Shown here: in pieces, positions 26,685-36,088 of the stretch | How positions within the stretch are numbered: the first letter of the stretch is position 1 | Layout of the letters: every line of letters begins with the position of its first letter | Assembly: GCA_964641255.1 (NCBI GenBank) | Contig: CAZXMM010000001.1 | Location: 601,984-665,983 of the forward strand | Source of the DNA: an uncultured Gammaproteobacteria bacterium | GTDB taxonomy: Bacteria > Patescibacteriota > Microgenomatia > JAMCZE01 | Direction of reading: 5' to 3' | DNA length: 64,000 nt | Position numbers and translations under genes: made by a program | The notes under the pieces: model-generated | Seen by the model: the letters and a program-made list of their open reading frames with translations, nothing else | The model's database searches: none | Told to the model about the DNA's origin: nothing

Positions 26685-28892
26685 TTAGATTTTTAACAAG
26701 CTTTTTTCGGTGCGCTTGAGGAGTACTGCGTTCACTGCGACAATAATTGATGAAGCAGACATTAAAAGTGCTGCAAACTCAGGCCGCAGGGTGATTCCAA
26801 ACTTTGGATACAAAACTCCAGCAGCAATTGGAATGGCCAGAAGATTATAAACACTAGCCCAGGCTAGATTTTCTTTCATTTTTCGCACCGTGGCTTTTGA
26901 CAAACGGATTGCACGTAAGACATCTGCCGGGTCTGATCGCATCAGAACTACTTTAGCTGTTTCAATAGCCACATCGGTCCCGGCACCAATGGCAATGCCA
27001 ATATCTGCTTGGGCGAGTGCTGGAGCATCGTTGACGCCGTCACCAACCATGTCGACAAATTTGCCTTCATCTTGGAGCTTTTTAACATATTTTTCCTTAT
27101 CCTCTGGCAGAACCTCCGCAAAAACTCTTTCGATGCCGAGGCTTTTTGCCACACCATCTGCTGTCATTTTATTATCTCCCGTGATCATTGCCACTTCCAG
27201 GCCTAACTCTTTCATTTTGGTTACTGCGTCTTTAGCGTTTTCTTTTATGGGATCTTGGGCAGCGGCTACACCCGCCACTTTTCCATCGACTGATAAAACC
27301 ATAATGGTTTTTCCTTCAGACAAAAGCCGGTCAATATCCTTACTTAGGGCTGTAGTGTCTACATTCCTATCAGCCATGAGCTTTAAAGTGCCGACCAAAA
27401 TCTTTTTACTATCAACAATGGCCTCGACCCCATGACCAGATATTGAGTTGAACTTTTCGACCTTTTCAGAAATCATTAGTTTTCTTCTTTGTGCTTCTTC
27501 CAGAACAGCTTTACTTAAAGGATGCCCTGATTTTGCTTCCACAGCAGCATCAAGTTTTATAATGTCATTTTCAGTAAATCCTGTAGCTGCCACCACGTCG
27601 GTAATTTTTGGTTTCCCCTCTGTTAGGGTCCCAGTTTTGTCCATGACAACTGCTTGAATCTTTGAAACAGCTTCAAGTGTCGGTGCGTCCTTAATAAGAA
27701 TGTTGTGTTTTGCTCCTAGGCCTGTTCCCACAGCCACGGCAGTGGGAGTTGCTAGTCCCAAAGCATCGGGACAAGCAATAACTACAGTCGAAATTGCAAA
27801 ACTTAGGGCGAGAAGGAGCGGCTGACCCAGGATAAAAAACCAGACGACAAAGGTAATTAGACCTCCGCCGACAGCGACAATTACCAGATATTTAGCAAAT
27901 CGATCGGCAATTTTTTGCCCGGGAGCCTTGGAGCTTTGAGCCAGCTCAACCATTTTGACGATTTGAGCTAGAGCGGTATCCTCTCCCACTTTTGTGGCCT
28001 TAAATTGAACTGAACCAGAAGTGTTGATTGAGCCGCCGATAACCATATCACCAACTTTTTTGGAAACCGGGAGAGACTCTCCTGTCACCAAGGATTCGTC
28101 AATTGCTGTTTCTCCTTGTACAATTTCACCATCCACGGGAACTTTGTCACCAGGTTTAAGGATTAAAATATCGCCCAGCTTTACTTCTGAAGTCGGGATT
28201 AGTTCTTCTTTCCCATTTCGTAATATTCTGGCTTGCGGTGGAACTAAATTAAAGAGCGCTTGTAAGGCATCAGTTGTTCCACGCCTGGACTTCATCTCCA
28301 TCCAATGGCCAAAGAGAACAAAGGTAATAAGAAGTGCCGCGGCTTCGTAATAGGAGTCCCCACTGCCAAGAAAGGTAAGAAGAACACTAAAGCTATAGGC
28401 AGCAGTTATTCCAACAGCAATTAAAACTGCCATGTTAAGGGTTTTTGCTTGCAGGGCTTTATAGGTAGAATAAAGGAAAATCCAGCCGGAATAAAAAAAT
28501 ACTGGCGTAGTTAAGAAAAAGAGCAGCCAAGGCACGGGGATCGGTGAGGGCAAAGAAATCTTTAAAAATTGAGTTGCCAGGGGGGAATAAAGAATTATTG
28601 GGATTGAAAAGAAGAGAGAAAAGAAGAATTTATTGCGAATATCCTCTTCCATAAGTGCGGCCATCTCTCGACCAGCCAGGCCAGTGTGCTCCATCCCCAT
28701 ACTCATTGTCATGCTCATTTTGAATTTGTCCCACCTAGACATTTCGGAAACCGCCTTCATTGTGTGTTCTTTGTGCCCATCGTGATCCATTTTCATTTCT
28801 TTGAGAATTAATTTCATGCCACACTTTGGGCAGGTTCCAGGATCACTTTGTTGGACTTCCGGATGCATCGGGCAGGTGTAGATTTGCTTCAT
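26685..28892 (-). CDS. P1B-type copper ATPase (CopB/CopA-like) with N-terminal YTCPMHPEV...CPKCGM metal-binding domain, His/Met-rich stretch, and a CPD motif in place of CPC
   Basis: DKTGTLT, TGDN, GDGVNDAP, YN and MSASS TM motifs. VIACPDALGLATP in TM6. Confidence 0.8.
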   Translation of the reverse strand: MKQIYTCPMHPEVQQSDPGTCPKCGMKLILKEMKMDHDGHKEHTMKAVSEMSRWDKFKMSMTMSMGMEHTGLAGREMAALMEEDIRNKFFFSLFFSIPIILYSPLATQFLKISLPSPIPVPWLLFFLTTPVFFYSGWIFLYSTYKALQAKTLNMAVLIAVGITAAYSFSVLLTFLGSGDSYYEAAALLITFVLFGHWMEMKSRRGTTDALQALFNLVPPQARILRNGKEELIPTSEVKLGDILILKPGDKVPVDGEIVQGETAIDESLVTGESLPVSKKVGDMVIGGSINTSGSVQFKATKVGEDTALAQIVKMVELAQSSKAPGQKIADRFAKYLVIVAVGGGLITFVVWFFILGQPLLLALSFAISTVVIACPDALGLATPTAVAVGTGLGAKHNILIKDAPTLEAVSKIQAVVMDKTGTLTEGKPKITDVVAATGFTENDIIKLDAAVEAKSGHPLSKAVLEEAQRRKLMISEKVEKFNSISGHGVEAIVDSKKILVGTLKLMADRNVDTTALSKDIDRLLSEGKTIMVLSVDGKVAGVAAAQDPIKENAKDAVTKMKELGLEVAMITGDNKMTADGVAKSLGIERVFAEVLPEDKEKYVKKLQDEGKFVDMVGDGVNDAPALAQADIGIAIGAGTDVAIETAKVVLMRSDPADVLRAIRLSKATVRKMKENLAWASVYNLLAIPIAAGVLYPKFGITLRPEFAALLMSASSIIVAVNAVLLKRTEKSLLKI

Positions 28893-28941
28893 ATTACTAA
28901 TAATATCTCACTTTTGTTAAAAGAGGGTTTTTAAAATAGCT

Positions 28942-29583
28942 TTATAGGGTAAGTCTTTCTAATTTTGGAATAAACGCCGGTGTTTTTTGGGCATATGATC
29001 TATATCGCTCACCAAATTCTTTCTCACTGTCCTTTTCTTCTCGCTTGGCCAGTTTTAAATACATAAATACGAGAATTGGAAACATGGCTAAGGTTATAAG
29101 GGTCGGCCATTGCAGTAGTAGCCCAAACATAATAGCGATGAATCCTACATATTGGGGATGGCGAACACGAGCGTATAATCCTGTTGTTGCCAGATGGTGC
29201 TGTTTTTGAGCCCGATATAATTTATCCCAGGCCTTTGAAAGGATAATAAAACCACCGCCGATGAAAATATAGCTCAAGATATGTAAAGGACTAAAGTGTG
29301 GATCTCCACTCCAGCCCAGAATCGTTTCCGGAAGGTGGCCAGCATTGTGAGAAAAAAGATTTAATCCGGGAAAACGGGAACTGAGCCATCCAGAAAGCAA
29401 ATAAATAGTGAGAGGAAAACCATACATCTCAGTAAATAGAGCCACGATGAAGCCTGAGAACATTCCTAGTGACCGCCAATCCCGTGGAGATTTGGGTTTA
29501 GTGAAGCTGAAAGCAAAGATAATGAAAATGGCTGAATTGATAGCCACAAGGGGCCATAAGCCATAGGCTGGTGCGCTATCCAT
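28942..29583 (-). CDS. ICMT/PEMT-family membrane methyltransferase (start trimmed to internal Met MDSAPAYG)
   Basis: RVRHPQYVGFIAIMFGLLLQW...EEKDSEKEFGERYRSYAQKTPAFIP. Confidence 0.45.
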   Translation of the reverse strand: MDSAPAYGLWPLVAINSAIFIIFAFSFTKPKSPRDWRSLGMFSGFIVALFTEMYGFPLTIYLLSGWLSSRFPGLNLFSHNAGHLPETILGWSGDPHFSPLHILSYIFIGGGFIILSKAWDKLYRAQKQHHLATTGLYARVRHPQYVGFIAIMFGLLLQWPTLITLAMFPILVFMYLKLAKREEKDSEKEFGERYRSYAQKTPAFIPKLERLTL

Positions 29584-29770
29584 GATGCTCCCCCTTTCCT
29601 TTTGTGTTGTCCTTGCCGTGTTCCCCATGACCTGCATGCATAAAAAGATGAGCGAGGATAAAAGCCCCCAGCAAAATATATTGCACATTACCAAAAAGAT
29701 GTGCTTGGTGTTCGGTTAGAAGATAAAAAGAGAGTGCCACTCCTGAGATAATAAGTACGGTAGTTTTCAT
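29576..29770 (-). CDS. DUF2933-like small His-rich membrane protein
   Basis: One TM region, then HLFMHAGHGEHGKDNTKGKGEHHG. Confidence 0.4.
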   Translation of the reverse strand: MKTTVLIISGVALSFYLLTEHQAHLFGNVQYILLGAFILAHLFMHAGHGEHGKDNTKGKGEHHG

Positions 29771-29863
29771 AAATTAATGATACTACATAGTGTAGTAATA
29801 TCTCTGATTATAACTTTTTGTTTATTAAGGATTTATGAAGAGGTCAAAGAAGAGCACCTAGTG

Positions 29864-30178
29864 TTAAAGAACACCTGGAGGCCCCCGGGGAGAAATTGCT
29901 GATAATAGGCCGGAGTCTTTCCAAAAGGTAGTAATTTCTGGTCGATTTCGTTTATCTTCTCGGGCACTATTATCTAAAACTAACATCACTTGGTGGGTTT
30001 TGCCGCGATCCCGCCCCAAGCTAAATTCAGAATATTTGGGAGATTGTTTCTGGCTAATGATCAGTTGCGTGTGGGCAGAACTGTCTTTTGCTCCAGTCAT
30101 GTGCATTCCAACAAAAATACTTGTCAGGACAAAGATTGCCGCTATAGTGATGTAACTCAGGCGTTTTTTGCTTTTCAT
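29864..30178 (-). CDS. Small secreted hypothetical protein
   Basis: Signal/TM at the N-terminus. Confidence 0.3.
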   Translation of the reverse strand: MKSKKRLSYITIAAIFVLTSIFVGMHMTGAKDSSAHTQLIISQKQSPKYSEFSLGRDRGKTHQVMLVLDNSAREDKRNRPEITTFWKDSGLLSAISPRGPPGVL

Positions 30179-30335
30179 CCTGTCACCTCCTTTCTTAAAG
30201 TCATCTTACAATTACGGTCATTAAGAGATAATGAAGTTGGTATGAAGAAGTTTTATGGTGGGTCAGTTTTAGAAAACAAAATATCCCCTGGGCATTTGGG
30301 ATACTTTGTTTCAGGCAGTATTTTCAGGCCGCTAT

Positions 30336-30584
30336 TTATGTTTTGTCGTCTAAATTTTCCATCATTTTGGTGCAGCCTTCTTTCCAATTTTCTCCATGAT
30401 GACTTTTCATCATATCAATCATTGAATCTTTCTGTTGTGATGTCAGACCTGTCATCATGCTTTGGTGGTAGTCTTTTACAGCTTCTTCTTGTGCAAATAC
30501 CTGCCCGCTTCCAAAAGTGTGCCAACCAACAAAAGCTGCTAACCCTATAAAAACAACTGTCACTGCTAAATAAACTTTATTCAT
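30336..30584 (-). CDS. Small secreted Met/His-rich protein (possible periplasmic metal binder)
   Basis: Signal peptide. HQSMMTGL...MIDMMKSHHGENW. Confidence 0.35.
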   Translation of the reverse strand: MNKVYLAVTVVFIGLAAFVGWHTFGSGQVFAQEEAVKDYHQSMMTGLTSQQKDSMIDMMKSHHGENWKEGCTKMMENLDDKT

Positions 30585-30601
30585 ATATTTTCACCTCCAA
30601 T

Positions 30602-30790
30602 TCAATGGTTATGCTTGCCGCCGCCCATCATCCAAAGATGCATTAGCGGGCAAAGCAGAACCGCACCAAATATAAATACGGAACTAATCGGAACTTTAAA
30701 GATAAAGATTGCTCCTAGAGCAAGTACTATTAATGCAAAACACACGCCTAGTGTTTTTGTCGAAAGGAATGATTTTTTATCCATATTCAT
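30602..30790 (-). CDS. DUF2933-like small membrane protein
   Basis: LLCPLMHLWMMGGGKHNH C-terminus. Paralogous to 29576..29770. Confidence 0.4.
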   Translation of the reverse strand: MNMDKKSFLSTKTLGVCFALIVLALGAIFIFKVPISSVFIFGAVLLCPLMHLWMMGGGKHNH

Positions 30791-30836
30791 GTCTGAAGAA
30801 TAACAAACTGCCCATTAAGAAATTGTGAAGCTAAAG

Positions 30837-32237
30837 TTAGGAATTCTTTAAAGGGAGAGTAATTTGCACTTTTGTGCCTTTTCCTAGTTCACTTGAAAGG
30901 CTAACTGTGCCTCCGTGAGCTGTTACAATTGCTTGAGTAATTGCCAGACCAAGTCCTGAGCCAAGAGTCTTGTCTGTTTTTGCACCTCGGTAGAATCGTT
31001 CAAACACATGAGATTGTTCCTCTTTGGCAATTCCCAGACCAGTGTCTGAAATTTCAAATATTGCTTCTTGCCCCACGGCTTTTAGATTAATTTGAACTTT
31101 TCTTTTTTGGGGAGTGTACTTGATGGCGTTATCCACAACATTTAAAAGCGCTCGCATTACTTTGTCTCTTCTTCCAGACACTACAATTTCTTTCTCAATG
31201 TGGCCGGAAACATTGATTTGTTTTTTTGCTGCCAATTTTTGAGCAAGGTCAAAAACTTCATTTGCCAACTCCGAAAAATTAAATGAGTCTTTCGACACTT
31301 TCGACTGATCAGCTTCGGACCAGGCCAAATCTAAAACATTTGTCAGTGTGGAAGATAGTTTATCAACGTCAATCAAAGTCTCTGCCAAGGTCTCTTTATA
31401 TTCCTCTAGGTTTCGCTGCTTTGATAAAGCAATCTCAACACTGCTTCTCATGGTGGCAAGAGGGGTTTTCATCTCATGAGCCACATCGCCAATAAATTGT
31501 CGTTCTCGCCCAAATGCCTGTGATAATCTCGCTAGTAACCCATTAAACGTTGTTGCTAGTTCTTCCACTTCATCGTGAGTTTTGGGAATTGGCACCTGGT
31601 CCTCAAGGTTCTTGCTAGAAATATTTTTAAGTTTCCCGGAAATATCAGTAATTGGTCGCATGGCAACCTTTGCTAGCAGATGAACGCCTATGATTGTTGG
31701 AATAAAAAGCAAAACATACACCGTGACTAAAATTAGCAAAAGGGAATTGAGCGAGCGGTAGATAGCCTCAACTGGGTCACCCATAAAGACATGACCAATG
31801 GTGGTGCCATTTTTGACTATTGGGAAAATGCCTATGCGCAAAATTGTTGATCCAACCGACCTTTCAACAAAAGTGGGTTTGATAAGTGCTGTTGATTTTT
31901 CAACTAGGTCTTTAATTACTTTATTTTCTTCTGCCCCTGTTTGTGAGTCAGCTACTATTTTGCCAGCGGGATTAGTTATTAAAACAAGCATTCCCGGCAT
32001 TTCTGAGAATTGCTGGGCAATAACTCCTTGGTTAAAAGCTCCAGTCATCATGGTTGATTGTTCGCTCTGGGCAATTTTTGCAATTGCTTCTCCGTGAGAA
32101 ATAATTCTACTGTCAGTGTGAGAAAGAAGCGTTTGTTTGGTAATCAGGTAGAAAGCGGCAAAAATAATGGCAGTACTGATAAAGAAAGCCAGTGAATACC
32201 AAAGTGTCAATCTGAACCGAATTCCTCGAAAGTTCAT
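30837..32237 (-). CDS. Sensor histidine kinase (CusS/CopS-like)
   Basis: Two TM segments, HAMP, H-box DVAHEMKTPLATMRSS, and HATPase_c GLGLAI. Confidence 0.8.
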   Translation of the reverse strand: MNFRGIRFRLTLWYSLAFFISTAIIFAAFYLITKQTLLSHTDSRIISHGEAIAKIAQSEQSTMMTGAFNQGVIAQQFSEMPGMLVLITNPAGKIVADSQTGAEENKVIKDLVEKSTALIKPTFVERSVGSTILRIGIFPIVKNGTTIGHVFMGDPVEAIYRSLNSLLLILVTVYVLLFIPTIIGVHLLAKVAMRPITDISGKLKNISSKNLEDQVPIPKTHDEVEELATTFNGLLARLSQAFGRERQFIGDVAHEMKTPLATMRSSVEIALSKQRNLEEYKETLAETLIDVDKLSSTLTNVLDLAWSEADQSKVSKDSFNFSELANEVFDLAQKLAAKKQINVSGHIEKEIVVSGRRDKVMRALLNVVDNAIKYTPQKRKVQINLKAVGQEAIFEISDTGLGIAKEEQSHVFERFYRGAKTDKTLGSGLGLAITQAIVTAHGGTVSLSSELGKGTKVQITLPLKNS

Positions 32238-32241
32238 AGTT

Positions 32242-32913
32242 TTATTCTACTGCCATTTTGTAGCCAACTCCATGAAGTGTGTGAAGAAGCTTAGTTTTGG
32301 AGTTTTTATCCAGTTTAGCTCGGAGAGTCGCTATGAAAACGTCAACAATATTACTCATACCGTCAAAGTTGTAGTCCCACACATGCTCAATAATCATGGT
32401 TCTTGTGACCACCTCGCCTTTATGCCGGAGAAGTAGTTCTAAAACTGCAAATTCTTTCGGCGTTAGCTTCAACTCCTTGTCAGCCCGCACCGCGGTATGC
32501 TTAATGGGATCTAGTTCCAAATCAGCAAGTTTCAAAGTTCCACTCGGATTATTGTGACTTCTTCTAATTAAAGCTTGCACTCTTGATCTAAGCTCAATAA
32601 ACGAAAACGGTTTAGCCAAGTAATCATCAGCACCAGAATCTAGACCTACCGCGATGTCTTCAACTGTGTCTTTTGCCGTCAACATCATAATTGGAGTTTT
32701 AATATCTTTTTTCCGAAGATTCTTACAGACTGTTACCCCGTCAATTTTGGGTAGCATGAGATCAAGAACAATGAGGTCGTATTGCTCGTTTTCTGCCAAG
32801 TATTGACCTTCCTCGCCGTCAAACGCTTGATCTACGGCAAAGCCTTGTTCAGTAAAACCCTTTTTAATAACGTCAGAAAGACGTTTTTCATCTTCTATTA
32901 ATAATATGCGCAT
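32242..32913 (-). CDS. OmpR-family response regulator (CusR/CopR-like)
   Basis: MRILLIEDE...DLMLPKIDG receiver domain and a winged-helix C-terminus. Confidence 0.85.
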   Translation of the reverse strand: MRILLIEDEKRLSDVIKKGFTEQGFAVDQAFDGEEGQYLAENEQYDLIVLDLMLPKIDGVTVCKNLRKKDIKTPIMMLTAKDTVEDIAVGLDSGADDYLAKPFSFIELRSRVQALIRRSHNNPSGTLKLADLELDPIKHTAVRADKELKLTPKEFAVLELLLRHKGEVVTRTMIIEHVWDYNFDGMSNIVDVFIATLRAKLDKNSKTKLLHTLHGVGYKMAVE

Positions 32914-32927
32914 GGCTGTATTCTACC

Positions 32928-33908
32928 TCAAACCCCACAACCACCGCCTGATTTTGGCGGTTCTTGAACAATTCCTGCCTCGACAAGCCATGTTTTGGCC
33001 GCTTGCCAACCAGAGGCAGAAGAGTAGTCCTTACTAAGTAATAAGCGGGGATCAATGTCTTTGAACGCCTTATTTTCTTTATTTTTGAAATAACTGGCAA
33101 GATCGTAATAATTTGTCGGAAACCAAAAAGCATTAACATATTTGGCGGCCTGGAACATTTCATCTTGACTGGCTCCGTTTGCGGTCATCAGTTCAAGAAC
33201 TCCAAGCAAAGCCATCCCGTGATTGCAATCAGGAAAAGCGGTGGAATTATTACAACAAGGTCGATAAATTTGGGACGCCACAGTTTGGATAAGGTCTTCT
33301 TGCGCTGGCGTCAAATTAATCAGGTTCTCTTTTGAGTAGTAATTCATTGCACTCCCTCGCCCAAGCGTCCATCCGCCGGTAGAGGCAAAATTACCTAAAT
33401 CTTTTTCTCCACCATATTTCACAATCTCTCCGGAGGTCAATATTTTTGAATTGTTAGCAAGTCCCACCGCCCAAAAGAAATTTAGAATGAAATATGAATT
33501 CTCGCGCGTAATTTTTATTTTTTGATTTGATCCCTTAGTTAAAATCCTTTCCTGATCAGCAGTAAGTGGCTGGCCTGACGACTGGTATACGGCTTTAAAT
33601 TTCTCCAGATCAATTACTCCTGATTGAATCATTTTTGGCCCAAGCTCTCCGTAGGAAAGATTAAGCTGATAACCTGCCGGCGGGTTTATTTCGCTATAAA
33701 TTTCGTTGCTAACAGCATTTGTAATGGTAGTGACTTTTTCAGGCGGTTTAACAGTAGATACTTGCTCAACTTTTTGAAAAGGGAAAGTAAATCCAGTTTT
33801 TGGCAAAAGTGCAACTATTAAGAAAAGATTGACTCCCAAGCTTACAATTAAAATAATGGACAAGCGTCTAATCATGTTTTGTCGATCGAAGTAATTTGTA
33901 GAAGACAA
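32928..33908 (-). CDS. Secreted hypothetical protein with CC/C-x-H motifs
   Basis: N-terminal TM. QIYRPCCNNSTAFPDCNHGMALLG. Confidence 0.4.
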   Translation of the reverse strand: MSSTNYFDRQNMIRRLSIILIVSLGVNLFLIVALLPKTGFTFPFQKVEQVSTVKPPEKVTTITNAVSNEIYSEINPPAGYQLNLSYGELGPKMIQSGVIDLEKFKAVYQSSGQPLTADQERILTKGSNQKIKITRENSYFILNFFWAVGLANNSKILTSGEIVKYGGEKDLGNFASTGGWTLGRGSAMNYYSKENLINLTPAQEDLIQTVASQIYRPCCNNSTAFPDCNHGMALLGVLELMTANGASQDEMFQAAKYVNAFWFPTNYYDLASYFKNKENKAFKDIDPRLLLSKDYSSASGWQAAKTWLVEAGIVQEPPKSGGGCGV

Positions 33909-34704
33909 AGAGAATCAATAAAAATACTCCTAAATCGGCAATCGGATTCTGGAAATATTTAGCAATATTAAAAACCACCATCCGAATTGTTTGGCTATAT
34001 GGTTCCATTTGATTCATTTGAATTTTCCCCAGATAGTTAAATATCGCAATTAAAACTCCAGTAACCAAGAAGATTCCAGCGCCGATCCACTTGAAGGTGT
34101 TATAGATTTTTTGGCGATTTGGGCCGCCAATTTTGGAAGCGGCTTTTTCGTAAAACATCGACATCAGAAAAAGTGGAAAAACAATTCCTAAGACGTAGGC
34201 AAACGACACGATGAGGGCTTGAAACAGCGTCGGTGATAATGATGTAAGTGTAATTGCAGCGAAAAGCACTGGGGCACAGCAAGCAGAAGTAAGTCCCGAC
34301 ATAAGCCCCAGTCCAAAGACAGAAACAGCGTTTATATCTTTTGTAGGACCACCAGAAACGTGGAAAAACTGCGGAATGTGGAGAATAGGCTTAATTGTCA
34401 TGATTCCCATCAAAATCATTATTGCTGCGCCCAGATAATAGATGGGAGTGTGATATGAATCCAAAAAGAAAATTGCAAATCTGAAGCCAAGAGCAATAGG
34501 AATGAGAATGAAAGCCAGTCCGATGGCAAAAAGAAGAGTATAGAACATCACCTTAGGTCGATTGCCTTTTCCATCTGATGACTTAAAGATTGTTCCCAGA
34601 TAAGAAGGAAACAGAAATGTAATGCAACATGGGGCAAATAGAGCCAATACTCCAGCTAGAAATGAGGCTGTGAGAGAAATCCCAAATAAAAAATTTGCAT
34701 CCAT
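33868..34704 (-). CDS. Polytopic membrane protein with two vicinal Cys pairs (DsbD/CcdA- or MerT-like)
   Basis: LALFAPCCITFLFP and LTSACCAPVLFAAIT lie in TM segments. Confidence 0.35.
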   Translation of the reverse strand: MDANFLFGISLTASFLAGVLALFAPCCITFLFPSYLGTIFKSSDGKGNRPKVMFYTLLFAIGLAFILIPIALGFRFAIFFLDSYHTPIYYLGAAIMILMGIMTIKPILHIPQFFHVSGGPTKDINAVSVFGLGLMSGLTSACCAPVLFAAITLTSLSPTLFQALIVSFAYVLGIVFPLFLMSMFYEKAASKIGGPNRQKIYNTFKWIGAGIFLVTGVLIAIFNYLGKIQMNQMEPYSQTIRMVVFNIAKYFQNPIADLGVFLLILFVFYKLLRSTKHD

Positions 34705-34725
34705 AACTTATTAACTTGGGCAGTC

Positions 34726-35223
34726 TTACTTAACATTTGCTTTGACAGCAAAGACTAATTTTTGGTGCTCAGGATCGTTGGTTGTTAGGTAAACTTCTCT
34801 TTCAACTGGGCCATAAACTGGCATAGTTGCAGGTCGATAAATCACTCGGACTGTTGCCGTGGTATTTGGGGCGATTTCTGTAACAAACCCACTTTGTGAA
34901 TGCATGCCAAATTCCTTACTAGTTTCTCCTTTGTAAATGATCTGGCCATTTGTGCATCCGCAGCTTGAATTAATATTCAGAATTTGTAATGGTTTATTAC
35001 CAGTGTTAGTCAAGGCGAAATCTTTTTGCTTAACGTCAGAAACCTTGATTTCTCCGAAATCAAATAATGCGTCTTTCATTTCAGCAATGGGTCGTTCTTT
35101 AGTTGTTGTTGCATATGAGGCCACCTGTGGTTCGGGTTTTTGTCCTGTGGTGAGAAGAAAGGAAACTCCAATAATTAAAACCAGGAAAACTGCAAGACTG
35201 ATGATGATTGTTTTGGTGTTCAC
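34726..35223 (-). CDS. DUF1573-like secreted protein
   Basis: FDFGEIKVSD...FALTNTGNKPLQILNINSSCGCT. Confidence 0.45.
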   Translation of the reverse strand: MNTKTIIISLAVFLVLIIGVSFLLTTGQKPEPQVASYATTTKERPIAEMKDALFDFGEIKVSDVKQKDFALTNTGNKPLQILNINSSCGCTNGQIIYKGETSKEFGMHSQSGFVTEIAPNTTATVRVIYRPATMPVYGPVEREVYLTTNDPEHQKLVFAVKANVK

Positions 35224-35480
35224 CGTTGGCTATATTTAAAAGTTTTAACTAACTCGTCTGTCATTTGTTCGGGTTTCATTTTAGGCAAACACTCTTTGAA
35301 ATGTTTTTGCACGAGGGCCTTGTCAACCATTCGGAGATTCTCAATGGCTTTATTAATTGTTAATATAATTGTAGGTACAGCAACTCCCTGCTCAAAATCT
35401 CTCATTGCCTGTTCGAGCTGAATTTTCGCCAAATTGATTTGTTTTAGAGCTTTAGCTTTTGGAGATAATCTGGTTGTCAT
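35220..35480 (-). CDS. Hypothetical small protein
   Basis: ORF track only. Confidence 0.3.
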   Translation of the reverse strand: MTTRLSPKAKALKQINLAKIQLEQAMRDFEQGVAVPTIILTINKAIENLRMVDKALVQKHFKECLPKMKPEQMTDELVKTFKYSQR

Positions 35481-35776
35481 GAAGCAATATTACTCCCTGG
35501 AAGATTAAGGAATTATGAAGAAAACAAGTTTCTGTTAAGGCCTGTTGGTAACTCTCCAAGAGAGTATAACGACTGGACAACACAACAAATAATAACAACC
35601 AGATCTAGAAGTATATGAAGCCTCGTAAAACAGTCGGCACTACTTTTTATTTAGTCCTTTCCAAAAATAAGCAATTCCCAGAATTAGAAACACAATTAAT
35701 AATAGCCAGGTTAGGCCTCCAAAAACCCCCCAACCTGACATCATGCTGCCGTAATATCCCATCATGTTTTGTCACC

Positions 35777-36034
35777 TCATTTCTTAGAAAATCTTTCCAG
35801 ATTCCAACCAAAGATATATCCACCCACCCAGGAAATTCCTGTAAATAAAAGTCCACCCATTACAGCCGAGGTCAAGTTTAAATTGAAATGCCCAATGCCA
35901 CTTCCGAAAGACAAAAGATCTGCCGCAACTTTATAAAGATCTGGGAGTAACATTGCTGTTAGAGCGCAAGCGATCCAGAGTATACCACCTGTTGTCGCTG
36001 CAGCATTTGCAAATGATAGAGCAGAAAATTTCAT
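35777..36034 (-). CDS. Small membrane protein
   Basis: Two hydrophobic segments. Confidence 0.3.
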   Translation of the reverse strand: MKFSALSFANAAATTGGILWIACALTAMLLPDLYKVAADLLSFGSGIGHFNLNLTSAVMGGLLFTGISWVGGYIFGWNLERFSKK

Positions 36035-36088
36035 TTTCTCACCTCCTCTCCATCAAGCATACTGCCTTTATACTTTAGGAATCAATAT

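Noticed and set aside
26890-27435. Antisense ORFs inside the P-type ATPase genes (26890..27435, 28021..28350, 36900..37379 and others)
   Set aside because: These are Ser/Ala/Pro-rich translations of the opposite strand of strongly supported ATPase genes and are typical shadow ORFs.
32888-33163. 91-aa ORF overlapping the response regulator start and the secreted protein end
   Set aside because: It overlaps two well-supported genes on the same strand in another frame.
35640-35765. 41-aa Gly/Met-rich single-TM micro-ORF (MMGYYGSMMSGWGVFGGLTWLLLIVFLILGIAYFWKGLNKK) in the copper island
   Set aside because: It is plausible but overlaps the tracked 69-aa ORF 35647..35856 in another frame, and there is no way to choose between them without conservation data. 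Not listed as a feature.
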